Part shown: one piece after another, positions 13,101-26,204 of the stretch
Layout: each line of letters starts with the position of its first letter
Position numbering within the stretch: the stretch's first letter is position 1
Origin: Toensbergia leucococca
Lineage: Eukaryota
Direction of reading: 5' to 3'
Assembly: GCA_022813965.1 (NCBI GenBank)
Contig: JALDZS010000166.1
Span: forward strand, 1 to 51,407
DNA: 51,407 nt
The notes under the pieces: model-generated
What the model was told of the DNA's origin: nothing
The model's input: the letters and a program-made list of their open reading frames with translations, nothing else
Databases searched by the model: none
Position numbers and translations under genes: made by a program

Positions 13101-14491
13101 TCACAACTCGGCCGCCTCGCTTTTACGCTTCTTTCTAGCCTTTTTCTCCTGCTTCTGACTTCCAGTTGGTGGAGAGCTCGCGGAATGTGCGGCTAATTCC
13201 TTGTTCAGTTGGGTACCATCACCACCCTTGCGCTCTGTCTTCTTGGAAAGCCTCTTCTTCTTCGCCTTCTCGGGGGACCTGGATACTCGTTCCGCAGCAG
13301 AACTAAGTACTGACTCGGGTTCTTTCGCATGACTATAATTGACCGGTGATGATATTGCCGCTTCGGCTGACTTGGCATTCTTGCGACGCTTGCTGGCTCT
13401 TGGTGACTTTGGGGGAGAAGGAACCTTGACAACTTCAATGGATTCGTCAGAGGATGTAATTTCGGTATCCCGTTCTTCTTCGACGACGTGATGATTGTCC
13501 TTTGGAATTTCGAGTACTACACCAGCCTTCTTTTGTTCCTCGAAAAGTTTTATAGCCTCCGCATCGCTAATCTCAGGAATTGGTTTGCCTTCCTTATAGG
13601 CCTTACTTTTCTCCCTATAGCGGGCTAGGTTGATCGCATATTTGTTGCGCCACACCTGTGAAATGGATGTGTTAGTGATCTCACGCAAATCCTGTGGCGC
13701 AAAGGTGAAACTCACGTCTTTCTCTGTTTCAGGCATTTGAGTCCATCTTCTTGTTCCCTCATCTGCTACTTCCTTGGCCTTAGAGCCTGGCTCCATCTCC
13801 CCAGCAATCACTGATCTTGCAGTATCCATGTACAAGAAGTATGGAGTCATGGGGCGCTTGGGCGCATTCTTATCATGCGGAGCTCTCTTCCTTTTGTTTT
13901 TACCTTCTCCAGCATCTGCATTCGGACCTGGAGTAGCCGGACGCACGCCAAATAGGCCATCGGCGCCGCCAAGAGGATTGGTAAGGTTCAAGAGTTCAAG
14001 AGACGAACCAGGACCTTTCCCAATTACCGTGTTTGTATGGGCAATGTAAGCGCGTGAAAGGTCTTGGACAGCAGATTGAAGGGTAGCGAGGCCAGTGACG
14101 ACCTGGTTTGAAGAGATTAGTCGATTGTGCTTCGGATCACAGATACCATAGACAAAACCACTCGCGATGCTATGCGCAGCTTCACCAATATTTTGGAGTG
14201 GAATTGTAAGGAGTTTGACGGATAGCAACGCGCCCTTTTGTTGGGCCAAAGTCATGTGTTGGGAACACTCAGACATGATAATGAACGCGACGATCGAAAC
14301 AAAGAAGCTTGAGAGACGCGATGGTGTTTAGGTGTGAATCAGTGGATCTGGAGGGCCGCGTCGCGCAAACAGCTAGGTCATGAGAGTGAGACGTGACTTA
14401 CCGAGTCTCTCGTACGAATGAAGTCTTCAATGCTGACTTGAAGACTGGCAGAATCCTTTGGCTTTTCTTCGCCGTTTTTCGTTCGCGCCAT
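13101..14491 (-). CDS. HMG-box chromatin protein (Hmo1-like) with Lys-rich tail
   Basis: Exon 1 MARTKNGEEK...IEDFIRTRDS, then VVTGLATLQ..., then the HMG box D.NAPKRPMTPYFLY...RW..M...EK..W..KY and a basic C-terminus. Introns at about 14104-14401 and 13657-13716. Confidence 0.85.
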
Positions 14492-15358
14492 AGCTGTTGC
14501 CGACAGTTGGATGCTAAAGATTAGGTACTCGTACTTACGGAGGTTAGGTTGAGGTCACCGGACCCCTCTGAAACTTGCGGCTACTTTAGCGATGGTCTTA
14601 GCGTAGTAACACCACTAAACCGCCTGAACGTTGCCGCCCACCAAACTTCTTATTAGCCAGACCCCATGAACGGATGCCCGACAATCAATCGAAATAGGCT
14701 TCAATTAATACACATCCTTAACTAAAAGTGCCGCTAAGAATCTTATATGCAATAAAGCCTGATACCGGTTACACTGCAATTGGAGGAATTGAGATCCAGA
14801 ATTGAAGCTGCATTGTATGTTACTACACGTTTTGCTTCTATCATGCCGTGAAGTTCCTTGTATCAGTCCTCGACGTAGCTGAGTCCTGGTCGAGTAGCTG
14901 GCTTCAATGCCTTAGAGAGAATGAGTTATCTATTCAGCTTGACTCGACTTTCATTCCCATGGAAAGATAGTCAATTAACCTACTGCGTGATCTAGTATCT
15001 CACTACACTTGCCTGTCCACATCGTCGAAATAGATCAGATTTGCCTTGAGAGTATTTAAATCAAACTCACTAGCACAGATCGAGTGACGAGATAATAGGC
15101 ACCTAAAATCCATTAAACATCGATACCATACGATCTTCCATTATATTGAATGAATCTCAAGTAGTTTCTCAATTTATTCAAATCACCATCAATGTTTGGG
15201 ACTGTACTCTAAGCAGTCCCAGTACGGGAAGCTGTTCACAACGAGACCAAGAAAACCGAAGTTGTTCGTGGGTTGGTTACATTTATTTTTGTCGGAGGCC
15301 GAAGTGGCCGATGATCTCAACTTCCGACTCAACCACTGCAACCATCAACATTTTCATC

Positions 15359-16616
15359 ATGTTTGCCAGACAAGCCTTGCGTTCAGTTCAGCCATTGAGA
15401 AATGTAAAGACTCTTTCCTACCTAGCGTGCCCGAGGGGTGAACGAGTCATCTAATGAATTGGCCTGCGCTGACGCAATCAATACTCCCAGCATGTTCGCC
15501 GTTATGCGACTGAAGTCCCGTCAAGTGGAGGCTCGAATACAGCCATATATGCCGGTGTGGCTGCGGTAGCTGGTCTTGGAGGTTACTATTACTATACACA
15601 GACAGGCGTGAAGCCAGCAGCACCTGCCTCCGCGGGCGAACAACAAAATGTCCCAGCTTCAACACCCAAAAACGCCGTTTTCACTGGTGGTGAGCAAGGA
15701 TGGGTTGACCTCAAACTCGAGAGTGTGGAAAATGTCAATCATAATACAAAAAAGTTTCGATTCGCCCTTCCTAACAAGGATGACGTTTCTGGGTTGCAAA
15801 TCGCATGTACGTTCTGGAGATGACTTCTGGGATTTTGGTCTTGCATGTTGGTTGATCTTGAATCTAGCTGCGCTTCTTACAAAATACAAGGGCCCAGATA
15901 TGGAGAAGCCTGCCATTCGCCCCTACACTCCTACAAGTGATGAAGGTTGGTCTCGATGAATTATCCATGAGAGGCATTGGCTGACATGTTGTGAAAAGAC
16001 GCTTCCGGTTTTATTGACCTTGTTGTCAAGAAGTATCCCAATGGTAATAACTTCATTGCTGCGAGTATGATTGTGACTAAAGACTGATTCAGGTCCAATG
16101 TCTGAACACCTCCATAATATGAAACCAGATCAGCGCCTAGACTTTAAAGGGCCAATACCAAAATATTCTTGGCAGCCAAACAAGCACGACCACATAGCAC
16201 TCATTGCCGGCGGGACTGGTATTACTCCCATGTATCAGCTCGCTCGTGCGATTTTCAAGAACCCGGAGGATAAGACAAAGGTTACCCTTGTCTTTGGAAA
16301 TCTCACTGAGCAGGATATTTTGTTGAAGCGAGAATTTGAAGAGCTGGAGAATGAGTATCCTCAGCGGTTCCGAGCTTTCTATGTTCTGAACACTCCGCCT
16401 GATGGATGGACGCAAGGCAAAGGTCACATCACTAAGGATCTGCTGAAAACTGTGCTTCCAGAGCCGAAGAATGAGAACATCAAGGTCTTCGTGTGTGGCC
16501 CTCCCGGCCTGTACAAAGCAATCTCGGGCGCGAAGACGAGCCCTTCAGATCAGGGAGAGTTGTCAGGTGTGTTGAAGGAGCTCGGGTACAAACAAGACCA
16601 GGTATACAAATTTTAA
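15359..16616 (+). CDS. MCR1: Mitochondrial NADH-cytochrome b5 reductase 2
   Basis: Presequence [14 protein letters not shown]. Motifs [50 protein letters not shown] and QGEL.G.LKELGY..QVYKF. Confidence 0.95.
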
Positions 16617-17271
16617 GACGCATAATGCTATCTGTAAAGTCGTCAACGATGTACGTTAAAGATAAATAGATATAGATTGTTGTCCGGCCGTTCGTGCCGC
16701 GTGGTTGTAGAGGTTGAATTTTTCTCTATATTTTATCTTTCATTGCTGGAAGAGGCGTGAAATGAACTTGTGTATCGGCACTGATATGTCAGCGTTGTGC
16801 CTCAAAGGTAAAGTCGCTATTACAAAGGTACAGAGTACTACAGGGTCGATCCGTTACTAATTGAAAGCATACTCGAGAGGTGTATCTTCCCAGCACGTTT
16901 ACTCGTACCTGATATGTGAGGATCTCATTCTGACTTCGTAGCATTTATGATTTATGCCTCGATGCCAAGACGTTTCGGCCGCATTTTCGGACATTTTTTA
17001 CTCCGTACTCGTATTCTAGGTATTTGACTAAAGCCGGTGCCGTTGAACTCTAAAGATCTGCCACCACTCCCACCACTGCCGCGGCGCTGTCGAGGCCGTC
17101 TCAACCGAGTGCACAACCTCTTGACGTAACGCCTCGCTGATTCACAATCTTCCAGGTCACCTACGTGCCCATGGACCAGGCCCATCATGGATACTTCAAT
17201 TGGCCCTGCCGAACTTTCGCTTTTCTTCCCTCTCAACATCCCCCACCTCTCCGGCATTTTCCCTACTCGAA

Positions 17272-19180
17272 ATGCAATCCTATCTACAATATCACCGTTT
17301 CAATAAACATGTCTCGGCGCAGTATGAAAGAGATCAAGAAAAAGCTTTGGCCTTGAAGCAACACTCTGACTGTACAATTACTTCTAAACCACGGCAAGAG
17401 GATGATAACGATACTCGCGACCTAGAGAAAGCTGAAGGATCTATTGCCGATGATGGCAGCCAGCCTGAGACACACTCCATCACTTCTCCCCCACAGTCGG
17501 AGTTACAGACGCCTACCCTCGACAGGCAGTCAGACTACTCAATGAGTAGGGTACAAACTGCCGTCACGCGACAAAGCCATGGCACCAACATCGGGAGGGC
17601 ATTGACCGGTATCGAGGTTCGCCATCGGACTACCAGAGAGGGCGGCAATAAAAGTAAAGTCTTTGTTGTTGGTTATGAAGGTGAATACGATGAGCTGAAT
17701 CCACATAATTGGGGCTGGGGAGTTCGCTTTGGGGCAACGCAAGTGCTTTGATGCTAAGAAATCTCAAAGAAGCTCTGCTGATGATTCCGTAGTATAAACA
17801 TTGCACTCATCGGGTTCATCGTGGGTTTTGCTTCAAGCATCGATTCCGCAGCTTTACAACAAGCATCAAAAACTTTTGGAGTAAGTGAAGTTGCCGAGTC
17901 TCTGGCAACGGGAATCTTCTTGATTGGCTTTGGAGTTGGTGAGTCATGAAAGACTTCAAAACTTGGTGTTGATTCTGCTAATACATTGGACCGAAGGCGC
18001 TCTTTTTGCAGGACCATTTTCGGAAACCATCGGACGAAACCCAGTCTATATTGTTACTTTATCTCTATATATGATCTTCATAATGGCCTCGGGACTAGCC
18101 CCTAATATTGGCGCGCAGTTGGTTTTTCGCTTCTTGGCGGGTTTCTTCGGGAGCACTCCTCTGACCTGCGCTGGTGGCTCGATCTCTGATCTCTGGTCTC
18201 CCATGGAACGCGTCTATGCATTTCCTATGTTTGCTAATGCCGCTTTTATGGGACCAATTTGCGGTCCCGTTGTCGGCGGTTTCATCGTTCAGTCCTCAGT
18301 CCTTTCTTGGCGCTGGACAGAATGGATTACTCTCATCATTTCCGGTCTGATACTCTCTCTCATCGTGCTCTTCCAGCCAGAGACGTACGCGCCTGTCCTC
18401 TTGAAATGGAAAGCCGCTCACCTTCGCGCTCTGACTGGTGACGACCGCTACCGAGCCGAGGTCGAAATCCTTGAAGAAAACTTCCTACACCGACTCCGTC
18501 GAGCACTCTATCGTCCTTTCGTCCTCACCTTTAGCGAGCCAATAATCATGCTAGTCGCGCTCTATCTGACAGTCATCTACATCATCCTCTTCACTTTCTT
18601 AGACGGCTACAATTATATCTTTGCGGAAACCTACGGCTTTTCAGAAGGCATCACCGGCCTCGCTTTCATGGGCATCGGAGTCGGTCTCTGTGGCGCCTCC
18701 ATTCTCGTCCCCATCATTTACAAATGGGCGAAACGCGATCTTGCCAAGATTGAAGCCGCAGGAGGTACTCGTCTTCCCCCTGAGTTTAGGCTCTGGTTCG
18801 GCATGCTCGGCGCGCCTGCTATCCCAATCAGTCTGTTCTGGATGGGCTGGACAACGTACCCTTGGATTCCGCATTGGTCGCCCCTAGCCTCCAGTGTCCT
18901 CTTCGGCTATGGTATCTTGTGCGTTTTCATCAGCTCGTACCAGTACATTATCGACAGCTACGAGAGCTTTGCAGCCAGCGCGCTGGCGAGCGTGACCCTC
19001 ATACGCTATGTGGCTGCTGGAGGCATGGTTGAGGTTGGAATCCCCATGTATCAGAATTTGGGGGTCCACTGGACGTTGACTGTTTTGGGAGGGATTAGCG
19101 CACTGCTTGTGCCGATGCCGTATCTATTTTATATCTATGGTGTGAGGATTCGGGCTAGGTCTAAGTATGCGGTCGCTTGA
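17272..19180 (+). CDS. MFS drug/polyamine:H+ antiporter (DHA1 family, Tpo/Flr1-like)
   Basis: Motifs D.LNPHNW, GPFSETIGRNPVY, RFLAGFFGS.PL..AGGSISDLW, WRWTEW, PETYAP.LL and PPEFRL, with about 12 TM segments. Introns at 17739-17792 (GC-AG) and about 17939-17996. Confidence 0.93.
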
Positions 19181-19975
19181 GGGGGTGTTTGTTGGCCCTT
19201 TTTTAAACTTCTTTGAGCTTTGGGGGGAGAGGGGGGGAAGATGCATTATTGGTGGCGTTGGGATGGGGGAGCTTTGGTTGGTTTTGTTACTATCGGGGTT
19301 TGGAATATCCTTGTTAATGCTTGGATGGCGTGTTTGTCTTTTAGATGGGCTGGATAGATGAGGGAATGGGCTTGATAGGCGCCGAGAGAGAGATGCATAT
19401 ATTTTATTAATACTTCACACCTAAAAATGCCCCTATAAGTGTGATGGACCGGATAGATTGGATCAGATGGGGAGATGGATTGAATCGGATGAGAGAGAGG
19501 GGGAAAGTGTGAGATGGTGATCGTAGTAAGGGGAGCGAGGGAGGGTACAAGTGATGAGAATTTTGAATGATTTTTGAGTTTTTGAAGATTTGTAGTTTTC
19601 AACTGACACCTCCATACCAAGAAACAAGAAACCCCCACCCCAAAAACATCATCAAAAATAAAATAGGTAGAGAGACAGAGAGAGAAAGAGGCTCTGTTCT
19701 CCTTATGAACCTCAGCGCCCAGATACAAAAAACTCCGGTCATGAAAATGCGTGCAATCCGGTGTAATATAGAAAAACCAAGGGGGGCATTCTGGATCTCA
19801 GCAGAGTACCCTAGCTCCATGCCACACCGCCCCCCCGTTTTCAAATTCCGCTACCCGCTTTCGCTTTCGCTGGCTAAACAGCACAACCTGACTACAATGC
19901 CCAAAAAAGGGCACGTTACACAGAAATTTCCAAACGGAAAAACAAGGCATACAGTCGAACATGGCCCCCGATCTC

Positions 19976-21185
19976 TCAATCGATGACCATTCGACTCGAC
20001 ACTGGCCCATGCGCCAGATTGGGCATCTCGGTCATATTCGACTTTTCGTCCTCGCTTTCGAAAGTCTGTTTTGTAATGTGCCGTTTGAGGCCTTTGTTGA
20101 AGTTGTTGGTACACATGCATGCGTTGATGATGGTGAGGAGGATCAGAATGACGGTGATGACGGCGAAGGTGGTTAGGGAGCGGCGGACTGGTATGTAGAA
20201 CCTTTCGCGCGAAGGTTGATACATTCGGACTAGTTTGAAAAGGAAATAGGCAAGGGCGGCGATGTAGAGGAACTGGAGGAAAGTGGGGATTAGCGACGCA
20301 ATCTGTTTGTGGAAGAGCGGGAGAAGGGAACATACGATGATAGCGACCATGCCTGCTTTATTTTCTCGGATGGTAAAGAACCATGCCATGAGTAGGATGA
20401 TGATCGTCACAGGAATTGCGGCGAGGGTCAAAGAGAATTCAATATCCTTCTTTTTCACGACAATGACGACGAATTGGATGGTAAAGCCAAGGAAGAAGAA
20501 GAAGTCGAACTTGAGGAGGGCGATATAGATCTAGATGCCTGACATGAGTATGCTTCGGAGAAATCTTCAAAGGTTCGAAATACCTGAAATGTCAAATACC
20601 GCCTTTTCATTCTCAGATCCGCGCTGATGTGCTTGTATATTGTCCAGGCAAATTCGTCATAGAGCTTCCACGCTATAGCAGACATGGCACATCCGAATAA
20701 TGCAATAATGCATGGTATCGCTACAAGATATGGCCTCGTCATTGTCCATACGTCCATATGAATGAATCCTCCGAGATTATTGACAGCATCTTTGATCTGA
20801 TCCAGTTGAATGGCGGCATAGATAAGTAGTGGACCTTCGAAAATACAAAGGCCGATGACTTGAATTGTGTTTTTCAACCGAAGAGCATCCCAAACCAGAA
20901 TCAATTGGTATATGAATGCGAAGATGTATAAAGTGAGGAAGGTTGGGATTGTACGTGAATATTCGTTGCTAGTGTAATTTCCATAGAGAGCTAATTGGAA
21001 CTTGGCGAAAGAGTATCTATAATCGCCATGGTCAGCAAATATTGATTTCATCATCCTAATCGGGAAAAACAGGATGAATTCCACGAATCGAACAGCACTT
21101 ACGACTCGAAAGCCAGGACTATCGCCGCTTGCACCGAAGTCACGGCCACAAAAGCCCAGGTCCAGGGTGTATTTGGTATGTACAT
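19976..21185 (-). CDS. UPF0658 family Golgi multi-pass membrane protein
   Basis: MYIPNTPWTWAF...IVLAFES|YSFAKFQ...TIPTFLTLYIFAFIYQL.LVWDALRLKNTIQVIGLC...KLYDEFAWTIYKHISADLRMKRRYLTFQ|IYIALLKFDFFFFLGF..QF, ending SSRMVID. Confidence 0.85.
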
Positions 21186-22444
21186 CTTTCTTGCTCGCTG
21201 CCCTGCGCCCTTGGGGCCAACAGCGAGCCCTTCACGATGGTGATAGCCGCCAGCGTAAGGCTGGTATTCTCGATCTAGAGGCTGACCTCCTAGGAGGGAA
21301 GCGCGTGACTCGTGCTGGGGAATTTTGGCGGTGTTGGCGCTTTCCTTGGGGAATCTCTCGAAAGGAGAGAATTTCGACAACAGAAGAGGCCCTCGGAAGG
21401 GGGTGATCTGCTCAAAAGTGAGGAGCTCAACCGAGTAAGGGTTTGACCAGTCAAGCTACCAATCGAATTGGTACCCTCGGTGAACGATGGAAAGATCGAG
21501 ATCGTTGTGATTTCCGGGTCGACTTGGGGGCTTCGATGCTGTTAGAGTTGGCCTGGGGTTATCGTGTCTCGGATTCGGCGGTCGGAATGTTCTGAAACGG
21601 GTTTGGGTTGGAAAACAAACGAGTGGCGATCCTTAGAGAGAGGTTTCAAAGGTGTTTACGGAGTACAGCTGGATGAAGACGATGAAAGGTCGATTAGGTG
21701 GAATTAGGAGACAAAAGAAGGTGGATGACGGTTCAGACTTCGGATAAGGTTGAGGTCTTTGACGACGGGGGGATGGACGGGATTCGACAGACGGGGATGG
21801 GATTTCTGCTTAGTGGGGTCTGGGCGGTTTCAACCCACGACTCGGCGTCCCCTAGAAATTGGGAATTTAATGTCCGACGGCTGAAGGCGTCCAAGGGATT
21901 ATGGAGAGAAGATCACACATTCGTCTCGTACAATAAATATGAGTTTGTGATGTGTATTATTAATTCGCTTCCTTTGTAGGAGTAACCCTGAGCCTGTAAA
22001 CTAGCAGGGTCGAGGCTGAGTTTGTTTGAGTAAAGGCATAGAATAGGGCTGATCAGGGCAGACACCAATGCCTATTTTTACACCAGGATGTTCCGATGTC
22101 TTGGTATGCATGGAGTAAAGCAAGCAAACAATTGACACAACGTTGACAGTAGATTAATCTGCCCTTCTGTTGATAGGTGAATGGACAATCACAAGCCGAA
22201 GATACGAATCCCCATTTCTTACTGGTAGTCTACCTTTCTAAGCCAAGATCAGGAGGCTCGAAAAGGTATTCTATCGTGGCTCAGGTATCGTGGCTCGTGG
22301 CTCGTACTTCCGAGGCCTCGGACTAAGGAGCAATCGTAGCGTAGAATAGCCGAGGCGCATCTTTTGATCAGCGCGCCAAGCCCAAGGTACGACAAGCCCT
22401 TACAGCTTCAGATTCAAATTCCAAACCCTAGAAAACATCTCGCA

Positions 22445-23837
22445 ATGGTCATAATCTACCACGACGTCAGTAAAATGACAACAGGTAACTCCTTTCATTA
22501 ATCCACTCCACCACATACCCGAACCTCTCCGACACCACAACATATCTGACACGAAAATGGACATAGACGACGACATATTAGAAGCTCTTGCGAATAATGG
22601 ATCTATGGACTAGTAAGCTCGCCATTAATCCCACCTCTCCGCTCATAATAACACAATACCAGTTCCCAATGGCCCAGCCTCCTAGAGCGCATCCTCCCAA
22701 GACTAGACCAAGTACGCCTCCCCCTCATCCCCCCATCTCTACCCACCACCTAACCCTCAAAAGATCATCCACAATGACTTTCCAATCCCCTCGATCCCCC
22801 TCCCAGAACCCCTTCCTCCACTCCCAACCTCCACAAAGGAACCCGACCCTTCATCCACCAAAGCCTCCCCACCAACCACCCCCTCCCCCAAACCAACAAC
22901 AATCTCCCCCCCACCCTCCACTCTCCCACCCCCCCTCCTCTCCCTAATCCATTCCATCCGCACGACCCTCCAAACCACCTTCCCCACCTCCCCCCCCCAC
23001 ACCGCCCAACGCCTCGCGGAACTCCTCCTCCACCCAAAAACCCACTACCGCACCCTCCCCTCCTACCTCCGCGCCCTCGACCGCGTCATCTCAGTCTCAA
23101 GCCCCCTAACCGACTTCCCCCTCCCCACCGCCGCCGCCCCTCTATCCTCAACCTTCCGCACCACCACCTTCCTAAACGGCACCACCACTCCCCCCACCTC
23201 CACCATCCCAACCGAAAACAACGACCCCACCACCACAACCACCCCAGAAGACTTCAACGGCGCCCAACTAACCCCCATCCCCTGGCTCCTGCACTCCGCC
23301 TCCCCACCCCGAGACTCACACCCAGACCTGCGCACAGAATCGACGCGCCAAATCGACGGCCCCAACGGCGCCGGCTCCCTCGAAACCGTCACCGTCACCC
23401 TCAACGGCCTAGCCCCCCAACAACCCTCCCCTTCCTCCAACCCGGCGGAACAAAGCCTCCAAACCCAACAGCAACAACCCCAACAACAAAATCAACAACA
23501 GCAGCAGCAGCATTCCCCCACCACAACAACCACCCGCATAACGCGCAGCACCTCCCTCCTCGCCAAAAAAGAAGAAGCCGCAGAAGAAGAAAGCAGCCTC
23601 GGCGAAGAAGCCAGCGAAGAAATCCCTCATGCCCGAGGCCCGGAATTGATCGGCATGGAAGACATGGGCCCGCAAGCCACCGGTCGCCGGACGGGCGGAT
23701 TCGACGTCGAAGCCGCGCTAGGGAGGAGGGGGGGCAATCGGCAGGTGTTGAGCTTCGAGGAGGAAGGGGAGAGGGGAGATGGTGATGGGGATATTCTGAT
23801 TGCGGATGCGGATGGGAAGGCCGGGGGAGGGGTTTGA
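22445..23837 (+). CDS. Protein phosphatase 4 regulatory subunit 2 (PPP4R2/Psy4-like); exact start uncertain (22445, 22475 or 22557)
   Basis: Spliced product DDILEALANNGSMDY.QWP.LLERILPRLDQII...FPTSPPHTAQRLAELLLHPKTHYRTLPSYLRALDRVISVSS...LTPIPWL...PHARGP..IGMEDMGPQ. The main exon was missed by the ORF track. Confidence 0.85.
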
Positions 23838-24327
23838 TTTTTGGTGATGGACATCCATGGTTTCGTTATTTTGAACAGAGGTTTTGTAGTGGATTTATGC
23901 GTAGCATAGATGAGCGCATAAAGAAGATACGTAGTTACATAAGCACGAGCTTCTCCCACTTATCATCCCGTTCATATCCTTCACACAATTTTCGTCCAAC
24001 ACATCCAAAAGCACAAAAGTATCCCAGCCCGGGGATTGCACCCCAAGAATGAAGACAAAAGTCCCCAACTCCACGCTCATAAACAAGGGATTTTGATCCG
24101 CAAAGTCAAAAAGGAAAACGAGATTTAGCAAAAAGAAAAACAATAGAAGAGAGACATGATGCAAACACTCAAAGCAGTCGGTACCAAAAGGTTGGGGGAA
24201 TCATAATGCACGCCAAAATAGAAACGCCGTAAACAAAGCCCCTCGCCACCCGATAAGGTCTTACGAGGAGGAAACTGTGGAGCAATACACCGGTCGAAAA
24301 AAAAAGCGATGTAGACTATGCGCTTCG

Positions 24328-26204
24328 TTATCGAAACCCGGGGAACACGGTACCAATAGCTTTTCGCCCTGTCCATAACACCATGTTAGTGATCAATACC
24401 AGGCAAGAAAGGAACATTAGGATAGAACAGTAAAACTTACATTTGGGTAAGTGAGCTTGCTGCTCTCGCTCCTCGTCTTCGACAGTCAAAGTGCCCAGGA
24501 AAGTACTCGCTCTCCTCCTCGCCCGCTCCATTCGCTCCGCTCTCGACAACCGTTGCGCGACCGCAGCAGGCGAAGGCAAAGGAAAAACCGGTAAATCCGA
24601 ATCCATGGCGCGATTACCCATCTCGACGGAACTCGGCACCGGCGCACTAGAGATCCTCGAGCCGCCAGCCCTAGCCGCACGTCCGAATTGGTGATGAAAG
24701 CTCGCCATTCTCCTGCCTGCGCCAATGGAGAAATTCCTTGCTGGAGTGCTGGCGCTTTCTTCATCGGGGACATCCACGATAACTCTTTCTCGCATGCGTC
24801 GTACTAAACGTTCTCGACGGACCATGGCGTTTGTGACATTTTCGGGGCAATAGCCTTTTGGAAGGATTTTGCCTTTGCAGAGGGGGCAGAGGGAACTATT
24901 TTCTTTGAGAAAGGGGTCGATGCATTCAGGGTGATAGATATGACCGCATGGAAGTTCGCGGACCATGGACGAATGGGAAATGTAATCGTCCAGGCATATG
25001 GGACAGGTTGGCTGGGAAAAGGCGAGGCTACGGTGCTGGAGCGTACTGGGGGACGGTAGAGAGCTGTCTGGCAGACGTAAGCCGTCGCTCAGGTCTAAGT
25101 GGCTCGGAAGAGGGTCCGAATTGCGCCGTGGTAAAGCGCCAACATTTGGCGATGTTGACTCCTGAGCTGGGACGTTGTTTATTTCCTGTTGACGTTCGGG
25201 CAAATTTCCTGGCTGGTCCTTGTCGGTTGCTACATACACGAACAAGGGCATCTTGTTCACCAGCTCTTGCGGTATAGTCAAACGTTTAATTCCAAGTGCC
25301 TCCAGATCGACTTCACCATCCATAACGCGACGACGTAGAGCTTTCCGATGCCTCCTCTGAACATAGTGCATCAAGACGGAGGTGAGGGAGATGATAGCAA
25401 GAAGAATAGCAAGCACGATTAGTAAAAACACCCAAAGACTTGGCAACGTTGTCTGACTGTCCGTATTGATCACCGTGTATAATCTCACATAGTCTCGGGA
25501 ATCGAATTGTTCAGAAAGAAGGTGTCCGTTCTCGACCTCAGTCATATTACCCGAGTATTGACCAAGCTGCGACATGACCGTTTGTCCGACGGAACCAGGT
25601 ACAGCGTATACTGGGAACTTATTCTTTGATTTCCACGTTCCTCCGTCATTGAGTCCCCACACGGGATTGTTCGGCAAGGGAGGTGTTGCAGTGCTGTTAT
25701 TCGGAAGGTAGAATATGAATGCTCTCGCAGCTCTCGCAGCAGCTAAATATGACTTTGTGCATGCTGGAGAAATCCAAGGGGCCAATGCAACCAGAAGATA
25801 GTCGGTATTTGGAAGGTTGGCCTGTCGAGTGACTTTTTGCGGGATGTATTGCTTCGATACGTTGAAGCAAGGATCGTCGGCGACGAGATCAGGTACGTAG
25901 AGTAAGCCCTCAATTTCCTCTCCATTAGTAGCGGTATTTGTTGACAGTGTTTGAATAGTATTCCCCAGGAATAGATCAAATGAAATGCTAGACTATAGGT
26001 TCATGTTAGTGAGGCGTAGGAAAAGGCATCAATCAATAGGGCTTGACGGACGTTGAGTCGAAGTCGCAGGTCTGATAGATCCCATTCTGGATTGGAAAAG
26101 ACAAGGACAAAGGTATCGATTGACTGGGCCGCTGTACGACAAAAGACGGAAATATCAGCTCTGCGTTGTAAGAGAAGGAGTACACTTGAGGGGACCTTAC
26201 TCAT
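24328..26204 (-). CDS. Single-pass membrane RING-H2 E3 ubiquitin ligase (luminal PA-like domain, TM, cytosolic RING)
   Basis: GLLYVPDL..DPC...VTRQANLP..LAPWISP.CT, TM segment LPSLWVFLLIVLAILL, G.VDLEALGIKRL, and RING-H2 CPICLDDY...RELPCGHIYHPECID.FL..SSLCPLCK. Confidence 0.85.

Noticed and set aside
22588..23675. Pro-rich and Gly-rich ORFs on both strands
   Set aside because: Shadow frames of the C-rich PP4R2 coding exon.
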